A DNA stretch of 12,395 nt from an uncultured Candidatus Saccharibacteria bacterium (GTDB lineage Bacteria; Patescibacteriota; Minisyncoccia; Phycocordibacterales; JAACPR01): contig CAZTQC010000008.1 of assembly GCA_964615685.1 (NCBI GenBank), positions 1 to 12,395 on the forward strand, written 5' to 3'. The position numbers and the translations under genes are program-made. This document shows, in pieces, positions 1 to 7,535 of the stretch (the first letter of the stretch is position 1; the number at the start of each line of letters is the position of its first letter). The notes under the pieces are model-generated. The model was not told the origin of the DNA, did no database searches, and saw nothing but the letters and a program-made list of their open reading frames with translations.

Positions 1-93
1 AATAATAAAAGTGATAAAAAAGACAGCCAAAAAAACTATCGCAAAATAAGTTGCGTCTTGCCAAAATTTTTTAGAATCATCAGAATCAAACAT
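1..93 (-). CDS. N-terminal fragment of a hypothetical membrane protein; the gene continues beyond the left window edge
   Basis: ATG at 91-93 on the minus strand, then 30 stop-free codons to the window edge: MFDSDDSKKFWQDATYFAIVFLAVFFITFII. A short polar N-terminus is followed by a hydrophobic helix. A stop-free run of this length is modestly significant in AT-rich DNA. Confidence 0.3.
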   Translation of the reverse strand, partial: MFDSDDSKKFWQDATYFAIVFLAVFFITFII

Positions 94-167
94 TTTGACA
101 TTATACTAAATTTTAAAAATATTTTCGAGTAGACTTTTTGTTAAAAAATAGTTATGATAATTTTTAA

Positions 168-251
168 GCGTAGGTGGCAGAGCGGTCAAATGCAGTGGAC
201 TGTAAATCCATCGCCCTACGGGCTACGGGGGTTCGAATCCCTCCCTGCGCA
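168..251 (+). tRNA. tRNA-Tyr (anticodon GTA), type II with long variable arm
   Basis: Hand-folded cloverleaf. Acceptor GCGTAGG pairs with CCTGCGC (one G-U). D-stem is 3 bp, as in class II tRNAs. Anticodon loop is CTGTAAA. Variable arm is GCCC-TACG-GGGC. T-arm is GGGGG-TTCGAAT-CCCTC. Discriminator is A251. CCA is not encoded. Confidence 0.85.
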
Positions 252-287
252 CATAAATTAAATGAACCGGATCCGAAAGAATTCGGT
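234..287 (+). repeat. Direct repeat copy 1 (54 bp): tRNA-Tyr T-loop through 3' end plus 36 bp of flank including a hairpin
   Basis: cgaatccctccctgcgcacataaattaaatgaaccggatccgaaagaattcggt matches 438-491 with one mismatch (a280 versus g484). Confidence 0.9.
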
Positions 288-437
288 GATTTTAATTTAG
301 TAAGCAGGAGGGGTGAGAAAGACGGAAGACAAAAACTTGGAGGAACGAAAGTTTTTGTCTGAGTCGGGGTCGCGAGCACTTAGTAGAATCCGAGTCGAAT
401 GTAATGAGACGAAGGATTATACTTAGTGACTTGTGAC

Positions 438-491
438 CGAATCCCTCCCTGCGCACATAAATTAAATGAACCGGATCCGAAAGGATTCGGT
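438..491 (+). repeat. Direct repeat copy 2 (54 bp): displaced tRNA-Tyr 3' end plus flank, att-like
   Basis: Identical to 234-287 except one base. Upstream of 438 the sequence (ttgtgacc) no longer matches the tRNA T-stem, so only the T-loop-to-3'-end portion is duplicated. This is the segment typically used as an integrase core site. Confidence 0.9.
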
Positions 492-496
492 TTTTA
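469..496 (+). terminator. Intrinsic terminator-like hairpin (GAAA tetraloop) followed by a T5 tract
   Basis: aaccggatcc-gaaa-ggattcggtt forms a 10-bp stem with one G-U, followed by ttttt at 491-495. The copy at 265-288 has a weaker stem and a weaker T tract. Confidence 0.5.
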
Positions 497-558
497 AATT
501 CGACAGCGGGGTGGAATGTTGGAACTATGGGGTACTGAAATCTACATTACTTGGTATC

Positions 559-588
559 CTTGACTTATAGGTATATCCCTTCTATTAT
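559..588 (+). promoter_or_regulatory. Putative sigma70-like promoter for island ORF1 (TTGACT-N18-TATTAT)
   Basis: ttgact at 559-564 and tattat at 583-588 with 18 bp spacing. A strong SD (aggag at 648-652) lies 7 nt before ATG 660. Confidence 0.3.
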
Positions 589-659
589 ACTCCCCAGAAG
601 TGGAAGGAGTTCTTTCACAAGGAACGCTACAGGCATTAGCACTAAAATAGGAGATTCTC

Positions 660-1226
660 ATGAAGAGAGTCAAGGGATATGTCGTGGGATACGACGTAAA
701 GGTCGGTGAGTTGGTGTGGACGGTCAAGGTCAAAGACTCAGACAGTGTTCATAACAAGAAAAAGTTCGAGGTTGCTTCATTGCACCCCGGAACAATGATC
801 ACCAAGCGAGGTGTCGACGTAACCTTCAGGGTTCAAGAGTTCCGAGTGGGACGAATTGAACAGGAAAAGGAATTGAGGGCTGTTGGCGTGTCACTGGGGT
901 TGAATGATCCAAGTGATGAGGGTGTAGACGAACCCGTCGACTGGATGAGCTTCGCACTTGTTCAAGAAGAAAAGCAAACCTACGCCTGGTATAACGAGTG
1001 TAAAACTTGGGATGCGTGTGAAGAATGGCTTTACGAGAAAAGTTCCGGGTGTCACTTAATTGGATTCGTTCATCTTTCTGTTGCTGACTTCGGTGAGCAC
1101 GGACAGTATGGATGGGACGATGAGGCTGCTAAAGCTTTCGAGCTTCTGCAGAAGGTGATCGCAATGGATGGTGCTCAGAGAGTATTTGAAGCGCTTGTTG
1201 AAGAGACTTTTAAACTCGTACGTTAG
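660..1226 (+). CDS. Hypothetical cytoplasmic protein (188 aa), island-encoded; no family recognised
   Basis: A 188-codon stop-free frame in roughly 50% GC DNA with a strong SD. No signal peptide or TM segment. Acidic and Trp/Cys-containing. No motif recognised. Confidence 0.6.
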   Translation: MKRVKGYVVGYDVKVGELVWTVKVKDSDSVHNKKKFEVASLHPGTMITKRGVDVTFRVQEFRVGRIEQEKELRAVGVSLGLNDPSDEGVDEPVDWMSFALVQEEKQTYAWYNECKTWDACEEWLYEKSSGCHLIGFVHLSVADFGEHGQYGWDDEAAKAFELLQKVIAMDGAQRVFEALVEETFKLVR

Positions 1227-1267
1227 CAAACTTCGGACCAAAAGGTCCGAACCTGAAGGAAGATAAG

Positions 1268-1609
1268 ATGAACATTAAAAAAATGGTGGCGGTCACAATT
1301 TTGCTCGTGACCGCAGGTTTCCACACCTCGGGAAAGAATTTAATTCTCGAGGCTGGAGAAAAACCCCTTTTATTAGCCCAGATTTCGGGCTACACGCAAT
1401 TCTATTACCTGGAGGAAAGTTCAACTTGTCCCTCTGCGGACAGGATTGGAATTCCGGACGATGAGTCAGAGTTTCAGTGGGGGGTTTTACGGCTAAAAAT
1501 GGCCGTAAAATCTTTAAAAACTCCAATAGGAAGCGCCATAGAGATCGAAATCTTGGATCTGGATGACTCCAGAGCAAACTGGCTTCGGAAAGCCTACCTG
1601 TCTTATTGA
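1268..1609 (+). CDS. Small secreted protein (113 aa) with N-terminal signal peptide, island-encoded
   Basis: N-terminus MNIKKMVAVTILLVTAGFHTSG has the n-h-c organisation of a Sec signal peptide and lacks a lipobox Cys. SD-like gaaggaag lies 6 nt upstream of the start. Confidence 0.5.
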   Translation: MNIKKMVAVTILLVTAGFHTSGKNLILEAGEKPLLLAQISGYTQFYYLEESSTCPSADRIGIPDDESEFQWGVLRLKMAVKSLKTPIGSAIEIEILDLDDSRANWLRKAYLSY

Positions 1610-1648
1610 GCGGGTGACGATTGGAGTTTTTATGTCGGGCGATTATTT

Positions 1649-2035
1649 GTGGCCGGAGGTTACACCTTACCGGCCCCGGCGGCTTTAGAGACGGTCCGGT
1701 TTCCGAGAATGCCCTTCTCCTGTTACGCTCACGGCGTTCAGGCTCAAGGAAATCTTGGTTCCGGATTTACTGTTATTTCCGATCTCACCGGTAGGTCGGG
1801 GGTATCATTCGATAGTGATTCCAACTGGGACCGGCTGGAATCTTCTACTCGTCTACAGAAAAAAGTCACTGAAGATTTTTTTCTGGCGGGAACAAGTAAC
1901 TTTTCCGATGACTTCTTAACCCTTTCGTTGGACTCCTCTATCTTTTTATTTGAAAAGCTAACCGTCGATCATGAAATAGTTGACGGAAAAAGCGATGACA
2001 ACCGAACCATTGCTAAACTGCAGATTCAGTTCTAA
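1649..2035 (+). CDS. Hypothetical beta-rich protein (128 aa from GTG), possibly a C-terminal fragment or pseudogene of an outer-membrane beta-barrel protein
   Basis: The first in-frame start after the stop at 1616 is GTG 1649. No good SD is present. The nearby SD+ATG at 1632 opens an 18-codon frame instead. Dyad-alternating hydrophobic segments are present. The C-terminus KLQIQF ends in Phe with hydrophobics at positions -1, -3, -5 and -7, which is the classic OMP beta-signal. There is no N-terminal signal peptide. Confidence 0.4.
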   Translation: MAGGYTLPAPAALETVRFPRMPFSCYAHGVQAQGNLGSGFTVISDLTGRSGVSFDSDSNWDRLESSTRLQKKVTEDFFLAGTSNFSDDFLTLSLDSSIFLFEKLTVDHEIVDGKSDDNRTIAKLQIQF

Positions 2036-2139
2036 GGTTACAGACACGTCATGAAGATGGCGTGAGGGGCTACGATATTTTTAAAATCGCAGCCTCTTTT
2101 AATATCCGTTTTTACGGATTATTGAGTGACTTTACAAAA

Positions 2140-2176
2140 AGGAAAGCTGCCCCCTCAGATAAAATTAATCTGAGGG
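2140..2176. terminator. Strong intrinsic terminator shared by island ORF3 (+) and clpB (-)
   Basis: ccccctcagat-aaaatta-atctgagggg forms a 10-bp GC-rich stem followed by ttttt on the plus strand. On the minus strand the same hairpin is followed by cagctttccttttt. Confidence 0.7.
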
Positions 2177-2204
2177 GTTTTTATTTATTCAATTTTCAAA
2201 AAAA

Positions 2205-4886
2205 TCAAGCACCGACGACTTCCAAAATATCATCTTCTTGATAATTTTTACCGTCCTTACCAACCTTCACCCCAAAAACAAACTTTTCTTTTTTCACATC
2301 TATAGAAACCACACCACCGTCTTTTAAATCACGATTAATTAATAACTGAGCCAATGGATTGAGAATTTTATTTTGAATAATTCGACGAATTGGTCTAGCC
2401 CCATAATGGGGATCATATCCTTTAATAGCTAAATAGTTAATCACAGCCGAAGTAATTTTTATGTGAATATTTTTTTCTTCCAATCTTTTTTTAATTTCTT
2501 CAATTTGAATCAAGACAATTTCTTTAATGGCTTTTTCATTTAACAAATCAAAGATGATAATATCGTCTAATCGATTTAGAAATTCTGGTCTAAAATAATC
2601 TTTGAGACTTTTTTCAATATTGATTTTAGTTTCTTCGTATTGTTTGGCCTCAGTGACATTATCAATAAAACCAATTTTTTCCATTTTATGAATTTGTTCC
2701 ACTCCAATATTCGAAGTCATAATAATCACGGTATTTTTAAAATTGACAGTTCGGCCTTTGCCGTCCGTTAAACGACCGTTGTCTAAAACTTGTAATAAAA
2801 TATTGAAGACTTCAGGATGGGCTTTTTCAATTTCATCGAATAAAATCACTGAGTAAGGACGATGTCGAACAGTTTCAGTCAAAGAACCAGATTCTTCGTG
2901 ACCAACATAACCCGGAGGAGCTCCAATCAATTTTGAAACTGAATGTTTTTCCATAAACTCAGACATATCAACTCGAATCAAAGCTTTTTCATCATCGAAC
3001 ATAAAATCAGCCAAAGTTTTTGTTAACTCCGTTTTTCCAACTCCGGTTGGACCTAAAAAGATAAAAGAGCCAATTGGACGATTCGGATCAGAAATACCAG
3101 CTCTTGATCGTCGAATAGTGTCAGCAATTTTTTTAATCGCCAAATCTTGACCGATAATTTTTTTCCTTAATTCTTGTTCAATTCTAGCTAATTTTTTAGC
3201 TTCCTCCTCCAACATTTTGGTGACGGGAATTCCAGTCCATCGAGAAACAACTTCGGCGATATCTTCTTCGACAATATCTTCTTTTAGAATTCGACGGGAA
3301 CTTTGTAATTTTTTCAAACGAGCCTCCTGAGTTTTTAGTTTCTTTTCTAATTGAGGAATTTCTCCATATTTAATTTCCGCGGCCGTCGTTAAATCAGCCA
3401 TTGCTACTGCCGCTTCAGCATCTTGTCTCAATCTTTCTAAAGATTCTCGCAATTCCTTGATAGAAGAAATAGTTTCTTTTTCATTTTTCCACTTTAACTC
3501 TAACTCTTTAATTCCTTCTTTTAAATTAGCAATTTCATTCACAACTTTATTTAAACGAGAATTAATCTTGGGAGTTTTATTTTTTTCGTTTTTTAAGGCC
3601 TCTTGTTCAATCTTCAGACGAGTGATTTTTCTCAAAGTCTCTTCTAACTTTGGTGGCATATTATCCAAAGAAATTTTTAAAGAAGAAGCGGCTTCATCAA
3701 TTAAATCAACTGCCTTGTCGGGTAAAAACCGATCCGAAATATAGCGACTTGATAATTCAACTGAAGCCACAATGGCGTCATCGGTGATACTAACTCCATG
3801 ATAGAGCTCGTATTTCTCTTTTAGGCCTCGCATAATCGCAATCGCATCTTCAATTGAAGGTTCATTAACAACAATCGGTTGAAAACGTCGAGTTAAAGCA
3901 CCGTCTTTTTCAATATATTTTTGATACTCTTTTAAAGTTGTGGCCCCGATAACCTTCAGTTCACCTCGAGCGAGAGCCGGTTTTAACATATTTGAAGCAT
4001 CTAAAGAACCTTCCGCAGATCCGGCTCCAGCCAGAGTGTGAATTTCATCAATAAAAAGAATTATTTTTCCATCAGCTTTTTTCACTTCCTTGATAATTTT
4101 TTTCAAGCGATCCTCAAATTCTCCACGATATTTTGTACCGGCCACCAAAGAACCCAAATCAAGAGAAACCAAATCTTTATCCTTTAAAGATTCTGGAACG
4201 TCACCAGCAGCAATTCTACTAGCCAATCCTTCGACGATAGCGGTCTTACCCACTCCTGCCTCTCCTATTAAAATAGGATTGTTCTTTGTTCTTCTGGAAA
4301 GAATTTGAATTAATCGATTAGTCTCTCGGTCACGTCCAATTACTGGGTCAATCTGATTTTCTTGAGCTTTTTTAGTTAAGCTGTTTGTGTATTTTTTTAA
4401 AGATTTAAAAGTTTGTGGCAAAGCTTGTTTTGAATCTGTTGTAGATTTTAATTCGGACATTACTTTGACAACTTCTTCTTTATCAATTTTAAATTTGTTC
4501 AAAATCTCTACCACTTCGCTGGGAACATCAAAAAGAGCCAAAAATAAATGTTCAACAGAAACAAAATCATCTTTTAAGGATTCGGCAAGACGACTTGATC
4601 GCTCGATAATTTGAGCTAATTCCGGAGCTAAATACATTTGAAAAGATGGTGAGACGGTCTGAGTAATTTCCGAGGTTTCGATTTGATCAAAAAGAAATTC
4701 GGACATCAAAACACTATCGACCCCGATTTTATCAAGAATAGAAATGACTAAACTTTCCTCTTGAATCAAAAGAGATGTTAGAAGATGCAAAGAATTAACA
4801 TGATTTTGTCCTCTTTCCAAAGCTAATTCGTGAGATTGACGAATAGCTTCTTTGGCTTTAGATGTAAAATTTTTGAAAGGTGGCAT
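2205..4886 (-). CDS. clpB: ClpB disaggregase chaperone (Hsp100, two AAA+ modules plus long coiled-coil M-domain)
   Basis: 893 aa. Clp_N repeats are at the N-terminus. NBD1 Walker A is GEAGVGKT and NBD2 Walker A is GPTGVGKT. A coiled-coil middle domain of about 120 aa lies between them, which indicates ClpB rather than ClpA or ClpC. Sensor and arginine-finger regions are present. Confidence 0.92.
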   Translation of the reverse strand: MPPFKNFTSKAKEAIRQSHELALERGQNHVNSLHLLTSLLIQEESLVISILDKIGVDSVLMSEFLFDQIETSEITQTVSPSFQMYLAPELAQIIERSSRLAESLKDDFVSVEHLFLALFDVPSEVVEILNKFKIDKEEVVKVMSELKSTTDSKQALPQTFKSLKKYTNSLTKKAQENQIDPVIGRDRETNRLIQILSRRTKNNPILIGEAGVGKTAIVEGLASRIAAGDVPESLKDKDLVSLDLGSLVAGTKYRGEFEDRLKKIIKEVKKADGKIILFIDEIHTLAGAGSAEGSLDASNMLKPALARGELKVIGATTLKEYQKYIEKDGALTRRFQPIVVNEPSIEDAIAIMRGLKEKYELYHGVSITDDAIVASVELSSRYISDRFLPDKAVDLIDEAASSLKISLDNMPPKLEETLRKITRLKIEQEALKNEKNKTPKINSRLNKVVNEIANLKEGIKELELKWKNEKETISSIKELRESLERLRQDAEAAVAMADLTTAAEIKYGEIPQLEKKLKTQEARLKKLQSSRRILKEDIVEEDIAEVVSRWTGIPVTKMLEEEAKKLARIEQELRKKIIGQDLAIKKIADTIRRSRAGISDPNRPIGSFIFLGPTGVGKTELTKTLADFMFDDEKALIRVDMSEFMEKHSVSKLIGAPPGYVGHEESGSLTETVRHRPYSVILFDEIEKAHPEVFNILLQVLDNGRLTDGKGRTVNFKNTVIIMTSNIGVEQIHKMEKIGFIDNVTEAKQYEETKINIEKSLKDYFRPEFLNRLDDIIIFDLLNEKAIKEIVLIQIEEIKKRLEEKNIHIKITSAVINYLAIKGYDPHYGARPIRRIIQNKILNPLAQLLINRDLKDGGVVSIDVKKEKFVFGVKVGKDGKNYQEDDILEVVGA

Positions 4887-4897
4887 AGTATTTTAAT

Positions 4898-5728
4898 TTA
4901 ATCTGTTATTTCTAATAAATTAGCTGAGCTCAAAAAATCTTTAACAATGTTTGCAGGAATAAAGGAACTTGATTTTAAAATATTGGCGTTACTAATCATT
5001 CCAATCACTTCTCCACTTAGATTCAAAATCACACTCCCCGGCAAAATATTATTTTCATCAATCGAAGTATCGAGAGTTAATATTTTCCCTCCTTCATCAT
5101 TATTAATTGAAGTAATAACTCCAATGGAAACTTTATTTTCTTGAGCACCAGATAGAGAAATAACACTTTGGCCTAATTTACTAATATTCGAATCTCCAAA
5201 ACTAACGGCAACAAAAGAGCTGGGGGACGAATTTTCTAAAAGTTTTTCAGAGTCAATTCCCATTTTTATGAAAGGAGTAGAGGTTGCTTTGGATAAAATT
5301 TGAATTGGAAATTCATTTATTCCATAAACACCTAAATATTTTCCACTTTCTTTTATCAAAGAAGCGTCAGTTACTATTTCCCCGTTTGAAGAAAGAATAA
5401 CTCCGAGGGCCACAAAGTTTTTCAACTCTCCAATTTTTTCATAAATACGAACTAAGCTTTCAGAGTTTTTTTCAATTGCTTCAATAGTCCGATCTTCTTC
5501 GTTTACCACAACAGTGACAATTTCTTTTTCAACCGTTTTTTCATTGTTTTCATTAGGTTCAGTAACCACTCTTTCAATAGTTTTTTCGACAACTCGATTA
5601 ATCGTTTGAGTAACAGGGTCTGGAGCTTGTTGTAAAAGAGAAACTGTTGTAATTCCTGTCGCAATTGAAGTGACAAAACTAACTAATAAAGCCAATAATA
5701 TAATTTGCTGAGTATTTAAATTATTCAT
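4898..5728 (-). CDS. Membrane-anchored trypsin-like (HtrA/DegP S1C family) domain protein without PDZ; catalytic His and Ser apparently substituted (pseudo-protease)
   Basis: 276 aa with an N-terminal TM helix. LVRIY..ALGVILSSNGEIVTDASLI resembles HtrA ..GSGfII..GyILTNaHVv with His replaced by Ser. SFGDSNISKLGQSVISLSG..VSIGVITSI resembles lGdSd.l.vGe.viAiGnP.gl..tvT.GivS. TLDTSIDENNILPGSVILNLSGEVIGMISNA resembles qTDAaInpGNSGGpLvNLnGEvIGINtAI with the GNSGG serine motif missing. An 11-bp gap to clpB implies co-transcription. Confidence 0.55.
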   Translation of the reverse strand: MNNLNTQQIILLALLVSFVTSIATGITTVSLLQQAPDPVTQTINRVVEKTIERVVTEPNENNEKTVEKEIVTVVVNEEDRTIEAIEKNSESLVRIYEKIGELKNFVALGVILSSNGEIVTDASLIKESGKYLGVYGINEFPIQILSKATSTPFIKMGIDSEKLLENSSPSSFVAVSFGDSNISKLGQSVISLSGAQENKVSIGVITSINNDEGGKILTLDTSIDENNILPGSVILNLSGEVIGMISNANILKSSSFIPANIVKDFLSSANLLEITD

Positions 5729-5772
5729 ATTTGTGAGCTTATTCTATCAAAAATTGATATTTTTTCCAGTTT

Positions 5773-6990
5773 TTAATGACTTTGATTGATAATTTCTTTT
5801 AGAGCTTTTAAAACAAAATCTATCTCTTTTTTTCGAGTCGTTCGTCCCAAACTAAATCTCAAAGAAGATTGTCCGCAATTTTTTCCTAAAGCCTCTACGA
5901 CATAGGAGGAAGCATTATCACTTGTGTTTTTACAAGCAGACATAGCCGAACAAGAAACTCCTGCTTCATCTAATTGAATCACCGCAAATTCTGAGTTCAA
6001 AGAAGGAAAACAGAAGTTCACATTATTAGGAATTCTTTTTTTAGAACTACCATTTAAAACGGCTCCAGGAAAACATTTCTGCATTTGTTCAATAAAATAT
6101 TTTTGTAGAATCGATATTTCAAGGCTATCTTTTTCTTTTCTCTGATTTGCGATTTCCAAAGCTTTGGCCAAACCAATAATGTTTGGGACATTATGAGTTC
6201 CGGGTTTCAAACTAAATTCTTGACTTCCTCCAAATAAAATCGAGGACATCGGAACATAGCTTTTTTTTATTAAACAACCGACACCTTTTGGCCCATAAAT
6301 TTTTGAACCATCCAAAGTCATTAAATCGACTCCTAATCGGTCTAAATTAATATTTAAAAAACAAGGAGCCTGACTAGCATCGGTGTGTAAATATGGTGGT
6401 TCGTGCGGACTCCGGCCAATTTTATTTTTATATTTTTTTATTTCTCGACTAAGATCTTTAATTGGTTGAATTGTTCCAATCTCATTATTAACCATCATCA
6501 CTGAAACTAAAAAAGTATTTTCTTTTAAACTTTTTCTGAAATCGAATAAATTTACTAAACCATTTTCAGTCACTTTTAGAAAAGTCACCTCGGCTTCTTC
6601 GGATTCTTGAGCGTTATGACAAGTTTCCAGAATCGCTGGATGTTCAATTTCGGAAGAAATAATATGGGGTTTAATACCCTTCCAAGATTCAAATAAATTT
6701 GAAGAAGTCCCCCCCTTTTTTAAACCGGCTAAAACTCCGGTGATTGCCAAATTATCAGCTTCCGTTCCAGAAGAAACAAAAATTACCTCCTCTTTTTTAA
6801 CTCCAGTTATTTTAGCAACAATTAACCTGGCTTGATCAATCGCTCTTCCTGTCTCTAGTCCTTCTTTATAAAAAGCGATTGGATTGGCGAATTTATCGCT
6901 AAAATAAGGTTTCATCACCTTAAAAACCTCCTTATCTACAGGGGTGGTGGCGGCGTAGTCTAAAAAGACCCTTTTAGAAAAAGCTTTCAT
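5773..6990 (-). CDS. iscS: Cysteine desulfurase, group I (IscS/NifS-type), PLP-dependent
   Basis: 405 aa. FLDYAATTPVD is the N-terminal signature. FVSSGTEADNLAI is present. The PLP lysine motif is DGSKIYGPKGVG. The active-site Cys lies in the SACKN loop, consistent with group I (SGSAC-type). Confidence 0.88.
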   Translation of the reverse strand: MKAFSKRVFLDYAATTPVDKEVFKVMKPYFSDKFANPIAFYKEGLETGRAIDQARLIVAKITGVKKEEVIFVSSGTEADNLAITGVLAGLKKGGTSSNLFESWKGIKPHIISSEIEHPAILETCHNAQESEEAEVTFLKVTENGLVNLFDFRKSLKENTFLVSVMMVNNEIGTIQPIKDLSREIKKYKNKIGRSPHEPPYLHTDASQAPCFLNINLDRLGVDLMTLDGSKIYGPKGVGCLIKKSYVPMSSILFGGSQEFSLKPGTHNVPNIIGLAKALEIANQRKEKDSLEISILQKYFIEQMQKCFPGAVLNGSSKKRIPNNVNFCFPSLNSEFAVIQLDEAGVSCSAMSACKNTSDNASSYVVEALGKNCGQSSLRFSLGRTTRKKEIDFVLKALKEIINQSH

Positions 6991-6998
6991 GCTTTATA

Positions 6999-7490
6999 AT
7001 GTTACACAATATGGAATTCCTAACAAGTGAAATTATTTTTTATGTGTTGATGACTCTGATTTTTTTTATTTGGGTTATTTTAATTTGGAACATTCGATTA
7101 AGTTTAAAAATTAAAAAATTGACTCGTGGCAAAAACGGTTCGTCTTTAGAAAGCTCATTTCGAGAAATGGATAACGATATAAAAAAGTTAGAAAAATTTC
7201 GAAAAGAACTTGAGAAATATTTAGAGCGAGTTGAGAAAAGATTAGCGAAAGGAATTTGCGGAGTTGAAAATATAAATTTTAATGCTTTTTCAGGAGCAGA
7301 GTCCGGAGGAAAAAGTTTTGCGACCGCTTTAGTTAATGAAAAAGGCGACGGAGTTATTCTTTCAAGTTTACATTCCAGAGAACGAGTAAATATTTTTTCT
7401 AAAAAAATTACTAACTCTCAACCAGAGGTAAAGCTGACCGATGAAGAAAAGTTGGCATTGACAAAAGCCCAAGAATCCTGCAGTCTTTAA
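6999..7490 (+). CDS. Small membrane protein resembling the DUF4446 family (N-terminal TM, coiled-coil linker, conserved NAFS..GG.SF...L.....GDGV.LSSLH.R core); true start possibly ATG 7011
   Basis: 163 aa with a hydrophobic N-terminus. The core INFNAFSGAESGGKSFATALVNEKGDGVILSSLHSRERVNIFSKK matches the remembered DUF4446 consensus. The start codon lies only 8 bp from the divergent iscS start. Confidence 0.5.
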   Translation: MLHNMEFLTSEIIFYVLMTLIFFIWVILIWNIRLSLKIKKLTRGKNGSSLESSFREMDNDIKKLEKFRKELEKYLERVEKRLAKGICGVENINFNAFSGAESGGKSFATALVNEKGDGVILSSLHSRERVNIFSKKITNSQPEVKLTDEEKLALTKAQESCSL

Positions 7491-7535
7491 ATCTCTAGGC
7501 ATTTTGTCTATTTTTTAGCTTTAACATACCCATTT

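Larger units (their letters stand above)
497..2140. other. Compositionally atypical GC-rich island (about 45-55% GC against about 32% in flanking genes) carrying three plus-strand ORFs
   Basis: Hand counts of 60-nt lines gave 42%, 53% and 57% GC inside the island and 32% in clpB. Codon choice shifts to GAC/GTC/CGG-type codons. Strong AGGAG-type SD sites here contrast with weak SD elsewhere. The island is bounded on the left by the att-like tRNA-Tyr repeat and on the right by a terminator. Confidence 0.55.

Noticed and set aside
164-379. ORFs 164-379 (-) and 174-362 (+) from the six-frame track
   Set aside because: Both lie on top of the tRNA-Tyr gene and its structured 3' trailer. Their translations are low-complexity, and the tRNA fold fully explains the region.
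1056-1577. Minus-strand ORFs 1056-1241 and 1293-1577 inside the GC-rich island
   Set aside because: They are antisense to the longer plus-strand ORFs. Long antisense open frames are expected by chance in roughly 50% GC DNA. No SD or start context supports them.
1632-1688. 18-codon ATG ORF directly behind the GGAG at 1623
   Set aside because: It is too short to call as a gene. It is noted only because it competes with the GTG start of island ORF3 and may indicate a frameshifted or decayed gene.
2190-2230. Heat-shock operator (CIRCE or HAIR) upstream of clpB
   Set aside because: clpB is preceded by only 11 bp after the HtrA-like gene and is evidently co-transcribed. No TTAGCACTC-N9-GAGTGCTAA-like inverted repeat is seen near 4887-4900 or upstream of iscS.
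3457-4614. Plus-strand ORFs 3457-3744, 4090-4308, 4387-4614 and 4947-5144
   Set aside because: They are antisense to clpB and the HtrA-like gene. Their translations are Phe/Ser/Lys-rich, as expected from reverse complements of AT-rich coding DNA.
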